A DNA stretch of 64,000 nt from Bacteroidota bacterium (lineage in GTDB: Bacteria > Bacteroidota > Bacteroidia > Bacteroidales > GCA-2748055), in NCBI GenBank assembly GCA_024640885.1, contig JAHEEC010000007.1:1239-65238 (forward strand). Reading direction: 5' to 3'. Position 1 is the stretch's first letter; the number at the start of each line of letters is the position of its first letter. Made by a program: the position numbers and the translations under genes. Shown here in pieces: positions 11,028 through 21,524 of the stretch. The notes beneath the pieces were generated by a model, which worked only from the letters and a program-made list of their open reading frames with translations, had not been told where the DNA came from and ran no database searches.

Positions 11028-13001
11028 ATGATTGACCAGCAGACCATAAATCAAATCTTCGAGACCGCTGACATCGTGGAAGTGATTTCCGATTTCGTCA
11101 CACTGAAAAAAAGCGGTGCAAATTACAAAGGATTGAGCCCATTCTCCAATGAAAAAACTCCATCATTCATGGTTTCTCCGGCCAAGGGGATTTTCAAGGA
11201 TTTCAGTTCGGGAAAGGGTGGAAATGTGGTCGGATTCCTCATGGAGCATGAAAAGCTCTCCTATCCGGAAGCCCTCAGGTACCTGGCGAATAAATACAGT
11301 ATCCCTGTAGAGGAGAAGGAGCTGACGGCCGATGAGATCCTGCAAAAAAATGAAAGGGAGAGCCTGATGGCGGTCACCGCTTTTGCGGCAAAGTACTTTC
11401 ATGACCGGCTCGCTTCAGAAGAAGGTAAAGCCATTGGGTTGAGTTATTTTCGCAAGAGGGGTATCCGCGATGATATCATCGGGAAATTTCAGCTGGGATA
11501 CAGTCCGGAAATGAGAAGCGCCTTCACCACTGAAGCTGGTAAAAATGGCTATAAGACCAGCTACCTGGTTAAAACAGGGCTCTCCATCGAGGGCGAGAAC
11601 AATATTTTTGACCGCTTTGCCGGCAGGGTGATTTTTCCCATACACTCTCTCTCCGGGAATGTGATCGGTTTCGGGGGACGCACACTTCGAACCGACAAGA
11701 ATGTGGCCAAATACCTCAATTCACCGGAATCGGACATTTACCACAAAAGCAGGGTATTGTATGGTCTGTTCCATGCGAAAAAGGCCATCGTATCACAGGA
11801 AGGCTGTTTCCTGGTGGAGGGATATACCGATGTCATTGCCATGCATCAGGCCGGGATCGAAAATGTGGTGGCCTCCTCCGGGACGGCACTGACCACAGAA
11901 CAGATCAGGCTCATTAAGCGCTTTGCCAACAATATTACCATCCTCTATGACGGGGATGAGGCTGGTATAAAAGCTTCCTTCCGGGGCATCGATATGATCC
12001 TGGAAGAAGGAATGAACGTGAAAGTGGTGATGCTGCCCGAAGGTGAAGATCCTGACTCTTATTCACAAACACATAGCTCCTCGGAGTTCCTTGATTTCAT
12101 CCGGGCCAATGAAAAGGATTTCATCTCCTTTAAAACTGAGATCCTTCTGACCGAGGCTCAACATGATCCCGTTAAAAGGGCACAACTGATCACAGATATC
12201 GTAAAATCTGTAGCAGTGATCCCGGATGGTATCCTGCGAAGTGTATTTCTGAAAGAGTGCAGTCTCCAGCTGGACGTCGAAGAACAGGTGCTCTATAACG
12301 AGGTAAACAAGATCCGGCAACGGATGCAGGAACAGAAATGGAGAAGAGAACAGCCCGGGGGCCGGGACCAGAACTTCCAGCGCGTTCCGCGGGAATTCCC
12401 CCGGACCACGCTTCCCAGTCAACCCCTGGTCCCGGGGTTTGTAGAGAATATCTTCTCGGAAGTTGAGGAGCGGGAAATAATCTATTTCCTGTTGAAATTC
12501 GGGAACCAGATGCTTCATCTGAGCAGTGAGGATAATGCGGAAATCAGTGTGGCCCATTATATTATCCGGGAAATACAGAATGATGAGCTGGAGTTTACCA
12601 ACCTGGTTTACAAACAGATCTTTGAAGATGTGAAGGATATCATCGAACGCGGGGAAGAGCTGGCAGAACGGTATTTTATCTATCATGACCATTCCGGGGT
12701 GAGGGAATTGTCAGTGGATATATATACCTCCCGGTATGAGTTAAGCAAAGTTTGGAAACGCAAAGAGGCCTATGTGGAGATGCCGGGGGAAAACCTGGGA
12801 TTTGAGGTCCCGAAATCACTCCTTTCCTACAAAATGATGGTCATCGAAAAAGCGTTGTCGCAGCTCAGGAAAGAGCTGGAAGATACTGAAAAGAACAGCG
12901 ATTTAGAATCCCTTAACCACTTGATCGTAAGGATCCAAAGCCTTGAACAGGTGAAAAGACAACTCTCCATTGGATTAGGTGGCCGAACCATCATTCGATG
13001 A
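11028..13001 (+). CDS. dnaG: DNA primase
   Basis: SPFSNEKTPSF (Bacteroidota zinc-finger variant), GFGGR, KYLNSPES, VEGYTDV, YDGDEAG. Confidence 0.97.
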   Translation: MIDQQTINQIFETADIVEVISDFVTLKKSGANYKGLSPFSNEKTPSFMVSPAKGIFKDFSSGKGGNVVGFLMEHEKLSYPEALRYLANKYSIPVEEKELTADEILQKNERESLMAVTAFAAKYFHDRLASEEGKAIGLSYFRKRGIRDDIIGKFQLGYSPEMRSAFTTEAGKNGYKTSYLVKTGLSIEGENNIFDRFAGRVIFPIHSLSGNVIGFGGRTLRTDKNVAKYLNSPESDIYHKSRVLYGLFHAKKAIVSQEGCFLVEGYTDVIAMHQAGIENVVASSGTALTTEQIRLIKRFANNITILYDGDEAGIKASFRGIDMILEEGMNVKVVMLPEGEDPDSYSQTHSSSEFLDFIRANEKDFISFKTEILLTEAQHDPVKRAQLITDIVKSVAVIPDGILRSVFLKECSLQLDVEEQVLYNEVNKIRQRMQEQKWRREQPGGRDQNFQRVPREFPRTTLPSQPLVPGFVENIFSEVEEREIIYFLLKFGNQMLHLSSEDNAEISVAHYIIREIQNDELEFTNLVYKQIFEDVKDIIERGEELAERYFIYHDHSGVRELSVDIYTSRYELSKVWKRKEAYVEMPGENLGFEVPKSLLSYKMMVIEKALSQLRKELEDTEKNSDLESLNHLIVRIQSLEQVKRQLSIGLGGRTIIR

Positions 13002-13397
13002 TGCCTGCATGGTTTGCCTGCTGACCTGTTGTATCACTTTATGCATCCCTTTGACCAGGCCGGATTGAATGGAATGATAATCAATTATTTCCCGGTGTTG
13101 ATACTGGATGACCAGGTTCAACCTCACATTGAGTGACTCCAGGCCGGGATAAAAATGTTTCTTATTCAGCCGGTAAGCCTCCCTTATCCTTCTCTTTAAA
13201 AGATTCCGGTCAACTGCTCTTTTAAACAGCCTTTTAGGAACCGAGATGACAACGCATACCGGATAAGCAGCTGCATCCGATTGGTTATAAATTATTCTGA
13301 AGGGGTGAGATACCACGCTCCTTCCCGACTGAAAGAGTGAGGAGATGGTTTTCGCCCCGGAGAGTCGCTCTCCCTTTTGAAAAGAAAATTCAGACAT
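12975..13397 (-). CDS. rnpA: Ribonuclease P protein component
   Basis: KGERL and SVPKRLFKRAVDRNLLKRRIREAYR RNR motif. Confidence 0.93.
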   Translation of the reverse strand: MSEFSFQKGERLSGAKTISSLFQSGRSVVSHPFRIIYNQSDAAAYPVCVVISVPKRLFKRAVDRNLLKRRIREAYRLNKKHFYPGLESLNVRLNLVIQYQHREIIDYHSIQSGLVKGMHKVIQQVSRQTMQASSNDGSAT

Positions 13398-13423
13398 AAA
13401 AAAAGGGGGGATTGCTCCCCCCT
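13398..13423 (-). terminator. Intrinsic terminator-like hairpin between hemD and rnpA
   Basis: Minus strand AGGGGGGA-GCAA-TCCCCCCT followed by a T run that ends at the rnpA ATG. Confidence 0.7.
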
Positions 13424-13443
13424 CAAGTTAGTAATATTTTACA

Positions 13444-14229
13444 TCAAGGTTTGCCGTTCACTTTATTATAATCCTTGATAAAGTTCTCCAGGGCCATGGT
13501 CATGGAGGGAGCCTGTGGCTGAGGTGCGGTAATGTCCAGCCTGAGCCCAGCTTCCTCTGCGGCTTTGGCGGTTTTAGCTCCGAATGAAGCTATTTTTGTG
13601 TCATTCTGTTTGAAATTTGGAAAATTCTGAAATAGTGACTTGATGCCTGATGGACTGTAGAATACCAGGATATCATAGTTCACATCGGCAAGGTCAGAGA
13701 GGTCGCTGCACTCGGTCCTGTAAAGCACCGCCTTTGAAAACTTAAAATTGTGCTTCTTCAGCAAGGCGGGAATTTCCTCCTTGTGTGCAGCAGAAAGTGG
13801 CACAAGGAACAATTCGTCCTTATGTTTATTCATGATGTCAATGAGGTCCTGCATCTGACCGTTTCCATAAAAGATCTTCCTTTTACGATAGACAATGTAC
13901 TTCTGAAGATAGTAAGCGGTGGCCTCTGAAACACAGAAATACTTCATGGTATCCGGGATGCTGGTCCGGGTCTCTTCGGCCATCCTGAAATAATGATCAA
14001 TGGATGTTTTGCTGTTAAAAATGACAGCGGAATGAGAACCGATATCGACTTTCTCCTGCCTAAAATCTCTAGCAGTAACGCCTTCCACATGAATAAACGG
14101 TCTGAAATCAATCTTCAGATTGTGTTTACTCGCTAGATCAAAATAGGGGGATTTATTATTCTCAGGCTCCGGCTGAGAAACAAGAATCTTCCTTATTCTT
14201 CCCATATACGTTCCTTTGATTAGACTCAT
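13444..14229 (-). CDS. hemD: Uroporphyrinogen-III synthase family protein
   Basis: ILVSQPEP, IDFRPFI, FYSPSGIKSL, PSMTMALE; position between DUF4271 and rnpA as commonly seen in Bacteroidota. Confidence 0.85.
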   Translation of the reverse strand: MSLIKGTYMGRIRKILVSQPEPENNKSPYFDLASKHNLKIDFRPFIHVEGVTARDFRQEKVDIGSHSAVIFNSKTSIDHYFRMAEETRTSIPDTMKYFCVSEATAYYLQKYIVYRKRKIFYGNGQMQDLIDIMNKHKDELFLVPLSAAHKEEIPALLKKHNFKFSKAVLYRTECSDLSDLADVNYDILVFYSPSGIKSLFQNFPNFKQNDTKIASFGAKTAKAAEEAGLRLDITAPQPQAPSMTMALENFIKDYNKVNGKP

Positions 14230-15020
14230 TTAAGGGTTCCTTCTAACCACTTGTAAAATAATGCAAGAGGTGTTATTTCAAGGGCCCAAAGATACAAAAA
14301 CATATAGAATATTGAAACACCTTTCTTGAAGGAAAATACCACACCCCTGATTATACGCAACAATATTCCCAGAGCAAGCGCTACCAGGGTTATCCAGAAA
14401 AACGCCCGCTGGATCGTTCCGGTGGTGAAGACCATCAGGAGAAGCAGCGGAAGCATGGCCATTCCCATTAATTTGTTAAAAATAAAAGCATTATATAAAT
14501 ATTCCCTGAAGATCCTGAGCCGGTTAAAAAGAAATCCTGTAAGATTCAGCACTACGATCCTGCCGAAAAAAAGACCAACCAGCAAGGCAAGGTTAAAAAA
14601 GTAAAGAGGTGCTCCTTCCTGCCCGTAAGGCGTTTGCGCAAGTCCCCGCTCCATATAACTCAGCAGGAATGCGATACTCAGGAAATAAAGCATATAAAGA
14701 ATGTTGTCCAATTGCTTTTGCAGTACGCTGTTATCTTTAAACATCCGGGAGGCCACCTGGAAGTTGGCAGATGCCTGCACGGTCTGGGTAAGGATGTTCC
14801 CGTAATAGAGCTTGATCCAGGCGAAAAATCCAAGCAGAATAAAAAGGTAAATAAAGAACCAGGCGGGATTGCCTGTTTGCACTTTTGGCAACCAGCCCAT
14901 CGCGCCTTCTGCGGAGCCAATGTTATTTGCAAGAGTGGACAGGTCAAAAACAGGCACGGGGTTCCTCAAGGTATCCAGGGCAACCGGTGGGGGTATGAGG
15001 ACAAGATCCTGACCTGACAT
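14226..15020 (-). CDS. DUF4271-like membrane protein
   Basis: About six TM helices, C-terminal FLYLWALEITP motif, upstream of hemD. Confidence 0.75.
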   Translation of the reverse strand: MSGQDLVLIPPPVALDTLRNPVPVFDLSTLANNIGSAEGAMGWLPKVQTGNPAWFFIYLFILLGFFAWIKLYYGNILTQTVQASANFQVASRMFKDNSVLQKQLDNILYMLYFLSIAFLLSYMERGLAQTPYGQEGAPLYFFNLALLVGLFFGRIVVLNLTGFLFNRLRIFREYLYNAFIFNKLMGMAMLPLLLLMVFTTGTIQRAFFWITLVALALGILLRIIRGVVFSFKKGVSIFYMFLYLWALEITPLALFYKWLEGTLK

Positions 15021-15150
15021 TTGTAATAAATTTGATCACAAATATACACATCGCTCTATCTTAAAAAAAGTTAATAGTTGGAGATAATTGAATTCTTTGT
15101 AGTTCCTTTATACCTTGAATCGATCGCTCTTGATCATCAATAAATTGACC

Positions 15151-16839
15151 ATGAAAAGGACAAATCGCAATATCGTACTGGGCGGAGTGCTCATCATCGC
15201 ATTGAGTGTGGGATTTACCACCATCGGGAACAAGGACATGGAGCTGGTAAAAAACCTGGATATCTACTATACCCTCTTCAGGGAACTCAACATGTTTTAC
15301 GTGGATGAAACCGATCCTGAAAAACTGGTAACCACCAGCATTGATGCCATGCTCGCCTCACTTGATCCTTATACCACCTACATTCCCGAATCAGACATGG
15401 ACGATTTTCAGTTCCAGACCACCGGGGAATACGGTGGAATCGGATCACTCATACGCAGATCCGGGGATTATGTGATCATCGCCGATCCTTATGAAGGATT
15501 TCCTGCCGCCAAATCGGGGATCCGTGCAGGTGATAAGATCCTTAAGGTAAATGGCTCCTCCACCGAAAATATGGCCATCGAATCGGTGAGTGATAAGCTG
15601 AAGGGGAAGCCAGGCACTGAACTTAAATTGACCATTGAAAGGTATGGGGAGGAGAAAATTCTTGATTTTACGCTGATAAGGGAGCAGATCTCCATTCGCA
15701 ATGTTCCGTATTACGGCATGATCGATGCACAGACCGGTTATATCCGTTTATCGAATTTCACAACCGGTGCGGGCAAGGAGGTGGAAAATGCAGTGCTTGC
15801 ATTGAAAGAAAATCACGGGATGAAATCCCTGGTGCTGGACCTGCGATCCAATCCCGGTGGATTATTAATTGAAGCCGTTCGGATCTGTAATCTATTCGTG
15901 CCAAAGGGCGAGTTGATTGTGAGTACCAGGGGAAAGGTAAAACAATGGGATTCTGATTATATGACCCAGCAGCAGGCCGTGGACACCCAGATGCCACTGG
16001 TCGTTCTCATAAACAGCGGTTCTGCTTCAGCCTCTGAAATCGTTGCGGGGGCTTTACAGGACCTGGACCGTGCGGTGATCGTCGGTCAGAGAACTTTTGG
16101 AAAAGGCCTGGTGCAGACTTCCAGACCCCTTAAATACAATGCCCAGCTCAAGGTGACCACTGCTAAATATTATATCCCCAGTGGACGTTGCATCCAGGCG
16201 CTCGATTACACCCATCGCAATGAGGACGGCAGCGTGGGGGTGATCCCGGACTCCCTCATTTCGGAATACAAGACCAGGAACGGCAGATTGGTTTACGACG
16301 GTGGCGGTATCCAGCCAGATTTCGAAGTGGTTCCTGAGACGCTGTCGGAAATTGCCCTCCAGCTTTATACCCAGAATATGTTATTCGATTTTGCCACCCG
16401 TTACAGGGCTTCACATAATGAAATTTCAGCCGCTGGAGTATTCTCATTGTCAATTGATGAATACAATTCATTTAAAGCTTTTGTTGAAAAACAGGGTTTC
16501 GAATTTAAAACGGCAAGTGAGCAGGCTTTCGAGGAGCTTGTGACCACCGCAAAACATGAAAAATATTATGATCTGGCCACCGACGAATTCGCTTCACTGG
16601 AGCAAATGCTGTCTCACAATAACCTGAAAGACCTGGAGACTTTCCAGGATGAGATCAGGCAGCTTCTTACAGAGGAGATTGTAAACCGTTACTATTACCA
16701 CGCAGGCAGGATCCTTTCCCAGATACAGGATGACAAACAGCTGGAAAAAGCCAAGACGGTGATCCGGGAGCCTTCCCTTGTGAAAGAGGTACTTTCGGGT
16801 GAGCAGGGTGATCTCGCTGTTGCAGCAGTCTACCCTTGA
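15151..16839 (+). CDS. S41 family C-terminal processing peptidase with PDZ domain
   Basis: LDPYT, DLRSNPGGLL, SASASEIV, TFGKGLVQ, GGGIQPD; start taken at ATG 15151. Confidence 0.93.
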   Translation: MKRTNRNIVLGGVLIIALSVGFTTIGNKDMELVKNLDIYYTLFRELNMFYVDETDPEKLVTTSIDAMLASLDPYTTYIPESDMDDFQFQTTGEYGGIGSLIRRSGDYVIIADPYEGFPAAKSGIRAGDKILKVNGSSTENMAIESVSDKLKGKPGTELKLTIERYGEEKILDFTLIREQISIRNVPYYGMIDAQTGYIRLSNFTTGAGKEVENAVLALKENHGMKSLVLDLRSNPGGLLIEAVRICNLFVPKGELIVSTRGKVKQWDSDYMTQQQAVDTQMPLVVLINSGSASASEIVAGALQDLDRAVIVGQRTFGKGLVQTSRPLKYNAQLKVTTAKYYIPSGRCIQALDYTHRNEDGSVGVIPDSLISEYKTRNGRLVYDGGGIQPDFEVVPETLSEIALQLYTQNMLFDFATRYRASHNEISAAGVFSLSIDEYNSFKAFVEKQGFEFKTASEQAFEELVTTAKHEKYYDLATDEFASLEQMLSHNNLKDLETFQDEIRQLLTEEIVNRYYYHAGRILSQIQDDKQLEKAKTVIREPSLVKEVLSGEQGDLAVAAVYP

Positions 16840-16840
16840 A

Positions 16841-19624
16841 TTAGTGGGCCTCCAGCCAGTTGGCCCCTTCACCCATATCCACTGTCAGGGGTACGCGAAG
16901 GGTAACTGCATTTTCCATCTTCTCCCTGACGATCAGCCTTACCCTGTCCAATTCTTCAGGGTAGACGTCGAAATTCAATTCATCATGCACCTGCAGGATC
17001 ATAAAGGATTTTAATCGTTCAGCGTCGAAAGCTGCCTGGATGTCCACCATGGCAATCTTTATGACATCTGCCGCCGAACCCTGAATGGGTGAATTGATGG
17101 CGTTCCGTTCTGCATTGCCCCGGACCACTGCATTCCTGGATAGAATATCGGGAAGGACCCTGCGGCGCCCGTACATGGTTTCCACATAACCCTTTTCCCG
17201 CGCCATTCTAATGCATTGATCCATATATTCCCTGACCCCGGGATAGGTCTCAAAATAGCCGTCAATGAACTGACGCGCCTCTGATCTTGAAATATGCATC
17301 CGTTGGGATAATCCAAATGCCGAGATCCCGTAGATGATCCCGAAATTGGCCGTTTTTGCGTTGCTGCGCATCTCCCGGGTCACTGCATCCCGTCCGACCT
17401 TATAAATACTGGCCGCAGTGGCCGCATGGATATCTTCATCATTGACAAATGCTTCTATCATCTGCCCGTCACCGCTGAGGTGGGCCATAATACGGAGTTC
17501 TATCTGGGAATAGTCAGCGGAAAAGAAAATATTATTTTTCTCTCCCGGGATAAAAGCACGTCTAATCTCCCTGCCCCTTTCTTCCCGAATCGGGATATTT
17601 TGAAGGTTTGGATTGATGGAAGATAATCTACCGGTGGTAACCAGGGCCTGGTTGAAGGAGGTGTGAATTCTGCCAGTTCTCTTATTCTCAAGTTTTGGAA
17701 GTGCCTCTACATAGGTGGAGAGGAGTTTTCGTAATGACCTGTAGTCCAGCACCTTTTCAACTACAGGGTGCCTCTCTTTTAATTGAAGCAGAACCTCCTC
17801 CCCCGTAGCATATTGCTTCGTTTTGGTTTTTCTCGGATCGGTTGCGATCTTCAGTTTTTCAAAAAGAATTTCCCCCAGTTGTTTGGGGGAGCTAATGTTA
17901 AATTCGGTCCCGGCCGCTTTATATATTTCTCCCTCCAGTAAAATAATGTCACTTCTTAATGCATCAGCGAAAGTCTTCAATGACTCCACATCCAGTTTAA
18001 CCCCGTGATGTTCCATTTCCATCAGCACCGGAATCAGTGGCATTTCAATCCGCTCCGCCAGTTTATCGAAACCGTTTTCCTTCAGGAGTCTTTTAAGGAT
18101 CACAGCTACCTGGAGGGTAACGTCTGCATCCTCTCCAGCATACTCCCGGGCCTTTTCAACGTCCACGGACCTGAAAGAGTTTTGTCTGTTCCCCTTTTTT
18201 CCAATCAGATCCTCGATCTGAACCATGGAGTAATCAAGGTATTGTTCGGCCAGTACATTTAAATTGTGCCGTTTCTCCGGCTCCAAAAGGAAATGTGCAA
18301 TCATTGTATCAAATAACTTCCCTTTCACATCTAATTCATAATTCTTTAAGATGTGCAAATCGTATTTCAGATTCTGACCGGTTTTTTCGATTTTCTCGTC
18401 AGAGAAGGGAGCTGACAGGGCGCTGATCCACTTTTTCGCCTCCAACCGGTCATCCCCGAATGCCACATAGGTGGCCTTAAATGGTTCCCAGCTAAAAGCG
18501 ATTCCCACCAGCTCTGCTTCAAGGACATCCAGTCCTGTGGTCTCGGTATCAAAGCAAAATGAATCAAGTCCGGATAATTTTTCAGCCAGGGCCTTTACCC
18601 CTGCAAGATCATTCACCAGTTCATAGTGATGTTCAACCGTTTCAATGGTCCGGCGTGCGCGGCTATCTGACTCCGGGGTCACCACTACGGGTCCCCCGAA
18701 AAGAGTTCCCTGGTTGGCCGGTTCAACAGGCGTTGCGGGTGGAGCGGCATCACCAAGGATCCTCTGGGAAAGATTCCTGAATTCCAGTTCCCTGAACAGC
18801 TCCTCGAGGGCAGCTCGGTTGATCGTTCTCCTCTCCAGTTCACCAGTGGTCTGATGGACAGGGACTTCCAGTGAAATGGTTGCCAGGGCCTTTGAGAGAA
18901 TTACCTGCTCGTGGGAGGTTTCCAGGTTCTCTTTTACTTTTCCCCTGACCTGTTCAATGTGTTCGTATACACCCTCCACTGAATGAAATTCCCCAATCAG
19001 TTTTTTCGCTGTTTTTTCACCAATCCCACGGGCACCAGGTATGTTGTCTGAAGCATCTCCCATCAGGGCAAGGATATCGATCACCTGGAGGGGTTGTTCC
19101 ACGAGGAACTTTTCTTTCACCTCATCAGGGCCCAGAATTTCGGGCGGATTCCCGCCCCTGCCCGGCTTATACATAAAAATATGGTTCGAAACCAGCTGGG
19201 CAAAATCCTTATCAGGGGTCATCATGTAAACCGTATATCCCTCTTTTTCAGCATTTTTAGCCATTGTCCCAATCACATCATCCGCTTCAAATCCCGCCTC
19301 TTCCACTATTTGGATATTGAATCCTTCAATGAGCTTTTTGATGTAGGGCACAGACAATTTAATATCCTCGGGGGTGCTCTCCCGGTTGGCCTTATATTCT
19401 GAATACATCTCGTTCCGGAAGGTCGGGCCCGGTGGGTCAAATACCACTGCGATATGGGTCGGATTCTCCTTGCGAAGCACTTCATCCAGTGCCAGCGCAA
19501 ATCCAAAAACCGTGGAGGTCGGTAACCCTTTGGAATTTGTCATCGGATTTGAAATGAATGCATAGTATGCCCTGAAAATGAGCGCATAAGCATCCAAGAG
19601 AAAAAGTTTCTTTTCCTGATTCAT
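16841..19624 (-). CDS. polA: DNA polymerase I
   Basis: 5'-3' exonuclease (EADD, GDASDNIPG), FDTETT, TGRLSS, DYSQIELR, LQVHDEL. Confidence 0.98.
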   Translation of the reverse strand: MNQEKKLFLLDAYALIFRAYYAFISNPMTNSKGLPTSTVFGFALALDEVLRKENPTHIAVVFDPPGPTFRNEMYSEYKANRESTPEDIKLSVPYIKKLIEGFNIQIVEEAGFEADDVIGTMAKNAEKEGYTVYMMTPDKDFAQLVSNHIFMYKPGRGGNPPEILGPDEVKEKFLVEQPLQVIDILALMGDASDNIPGARGIGEKTAKKLIGEFHSVEGVYEHIEQVRGKVKENLETSHEQVILSKALATISLEVPVHQTTGELERRTINRAALEELFRELEFRNLSQRILGDAAPPATPVEPANQGTLFGGPVVVTPESDSRARRTIETVEHHYELVNDLAGVKALAEKLSGLDSFCFDTETTGLDVLEAELVGIAFSWEPFKATYVAFGDDRLEAKKWISALSAPFSDEKIEKTGQNLKYDLHILKNYELDVKGKLFDTMIAHFLLEPEKRHNLNVLAEQYLDYSMVQIEDLIGKKGNRQNSFRSVDVEKAREYAGEDADVTLQVAVILKRLLKENGFDKLAERIEMPLIPVLMEMEHHGVKLDVESLKTFADALRSDIILLEGEIYKAAGTEFNISSPKQLGEILFEKLKIATDPRKTKTKQYATGEEVLLQLKERHPVVEKVLDYRSLRKLLSTYVEALPKLENKRTGRIHTSFNQALVTTGRLSSINPNLQNIPIREERGREIRRAFIPGEKNNIFFSADYSQIELRIMAHLSGDGQMIEAFVNDEDIHAATAASIYKVGRDAVTREMRSNAKTANFGIIYGISAFGLSQRMHISRSEARQFIDGYFETYPGVREYMDQCIRMAREKGYVETMYGRRRVLPDILSRNAVVRGNAERNAINSPIQGSAADVIKIAMVDIQAAFDAERLKSFMILQVHDELNFDVYPEELDRVRLIVREKMENAVTLRVPLTVDMGEGANWLEAH

Positions 19625-19630
19625 ACAGTA

Positions 19631-20080
19631 TTAAATGTTGTCGGAGGCGTACCACTCCGCATATGAAGTGGCCGTTTCAAAAAGTTTAACTGAGTGCAGT
19701 TCCAATCCAGGGGAAAGCAAAGATTGAATCCTGGCGACAATAAACAAAACAAGGTTTTCACAGGTAGGCTGAAAATCAAATACATGGACCTTTTCATACA
19801 TCTGCCTGATGGTGGACAGTGATTTTCCCTCTGCTTCCCTGTAAACCACCAGGGAGTGATCCAGGAAATCCACCACCGGGCCTTTGATCATATGCTTCAG
19901 ATCCTTAAAATCGATCACCATCCCAAATTTGGAATTATTGCTGTCGGATACAGGTACGCCTTTCAACGTTACAAATAGCCTGTATGAATGCCCGTGGATG
20001 TTTTTACAAGCACCATCGTAATTCCATAATGCATGGGCCATTTCAAAATCAAATTCCTTCGTCACCCTGATGCTCTTCAT
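19631..20080 (-). CDS. queD: 6-carboxy-5,6,7,8-tetrahydropterin synthase
   Basis: FEMAH, CKNIHGHSY, GMVIDF, PTCENL. Confidence 0.9.
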   Translation of the reverse strand: MKSIRVTKEFDFEMAHALWNYDGACKNIHGHSYRLFVTLKGVPVSDSNNSKFGMVIDFKDLKHMIKGPVVDFLDHSLVVYREAEGKSLSTIRQMYEKVHVFDFQPTCENLVLFIVARIQSLLSPGLELHSVKLFETATSYAEWYASDNI

Positions 20081-20094
20081 CGTTTTTTGATTAT

Positions 20095-20394
20095 TTAGTC
20101 AATTGCACATTCACTGATACACCTCACAAGTTTGGTCAGATTTTTATGCCTGATGTAGTAAAGGGTACTTTTACCCTGCCTGCTGGAGGTGAGGATCCCC
20201 TTGTCCTTCAGGATTCCCAAATGGTGGGAAGTACTTGACTGCTCAATCTGCAATAGATTACGTATTTCAGTGACATTCAGCTTCTTGCCGTCTTGAAGAT
20301 GCGCCAGAATGGCGAGTCTCATAGGATGCGATATGGCTTTGATCATGTTGACTGCCTTATCCACTTCTCTGGGCTGTAGATCTGAGAATTCCAT
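20095..20394 (-). CDS. ArsR/SmtB family transcriptional regulator
   Basis: KAISHPMRLAIL, QSSTSHHLGILK, RQGKSTLY. Confidence 0.9.
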   Translation of the reverse strand: MEFSDLQPREVDKAVNMIKAISHPMRLAILAHLQDGKKLNVTEIRNLLQIEQSSTSHHLGILKDKGILTSSRQGKSTLYYIRHKNLTKLVRCISECAID

Positions 20395-20542
20395 AGGAAC
20401 CGGATTATCTTTTTTTATACATATTGATCACATGCAAATATATTAATATTTAAGCTATTAAATTTGTCCTGCTGTACAGTGGTGAATTTAATACCACAAT
20501 CTCTTATCTTTTTCTACCTTTGAAAATTCCTATCCCAACCAG

Positions 20543-21517
20543 ATGAGCAAATTAGAGGAGATTAAATACCCGGTCCGGCAGGAAATGAAAGAGTTTGATA
20601 AAAGATTCAAATCTGCCGTTTCCAGCGGTGTCCCACTGGTAAATATTGTAACAGGTTACATCCTCCGCAGGAAGGGAAAGCAGATGCGGCCCCTTTTTGT
20701 CCTTCTCTCATCAAAACTTACCGGGGGCATTACCGAATCGACCTATACGGCTGCCTCCCTCATCGAATTAATGCATACCGCCACCCTGGTTCACGATGAT
20801 GTGGTGGATGAATCCAATGAGCGCAGGGGTGTGTTTTCCGTCAATGCCATCTGGAAATCCAAAGTGGCGGTTCTGCTGGGTGATTACCTCCTGGCCCGGG
20901 GCCTTCTTCTGGCCGTGGAGAAAAAGGATTATAACCTTCTTGAAATCGTTTCCAACGCTTCAAAAGAGATGAGTGAAGGTGAACTCGTTCAAATACAAAA
21001 ATCCAGAAGCCTAAACATCGACACCGATACCTATTACGAGGTGATCAGGAAAAAAACCGCAAGCCTGATTGCCGCCTGCACTGCCAGTGGCGCCAGCGCT
21101 GCGGGTGCAGAACAAGAGGTGATTGACCGGGTATATGAAATGGGCATCAACATTGGAATGGCCTTCCAGATTAAGGACGATCTGTTTGATTATCAGCCAC
21201 ATGGGTTAATTGGCAAGCCTACCGGAAATGATATAAAGGATAAAAAATTCACCCTGCCCCTCATTTATGCCCTGAACCAGGCCGAGTCCGGAAAAAGGAA
21301 GGCCATGATCAGGAAAATCCGAAACGGCAACCGAAGTCAGCGCGTGGTAAACGACGTGGTTCATTTCGTCAATGAAATGGGAGGCATTTCCTTTGCATTT
21401 GACAAGATGCATGAGTTTAAGTCAAGTGCCATGGAGATCCTGCAAAGCTTCCCAGAATCCCCTGCCCGGGATTCCCTCCGGGAGCTGGTGGAATTTACAG
21501 TCTCCCGGAATAAATAG
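20543..21517 (+). CDS. ispB: Polyprenyl diphosphate synthase (IspB-like)
   Basis: GKQMRP, LVHDDVVD..RRG, FQIKDD; TACCTTTG promoter element at 20515-20522. Confidence 0.9.
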   Translation: MSKLEEIKYPVRQEMKEFDKRFKSAVSSGVPLVNIVTGYILRRKGKQMRPLFVLLSSKLTGGITESTYTAASLIELMHTATLVHDDVVDESNERRGVFSVNAIWKSKVAVLLGDYLLARGLLLAVEKKDYNLLEIVSNASKEMSEGELVQIQKSRSLNIDTDTYYEVIRKKTASLIAACTASGASAAGAEQEVIDRVYEMGINIGMAFQIKDDLFDYQPHGLIGKPTGNDIKDKKFTLPLIYALNQAESGKRKAMIRKIRNGNRSQRVVNDVVHFVNEMGGISFAFDKMHEFKSSAMEILQSFPESPARDSLRELVEFTVSRNK

Positions 21518-21524
21518 TCCGGCC

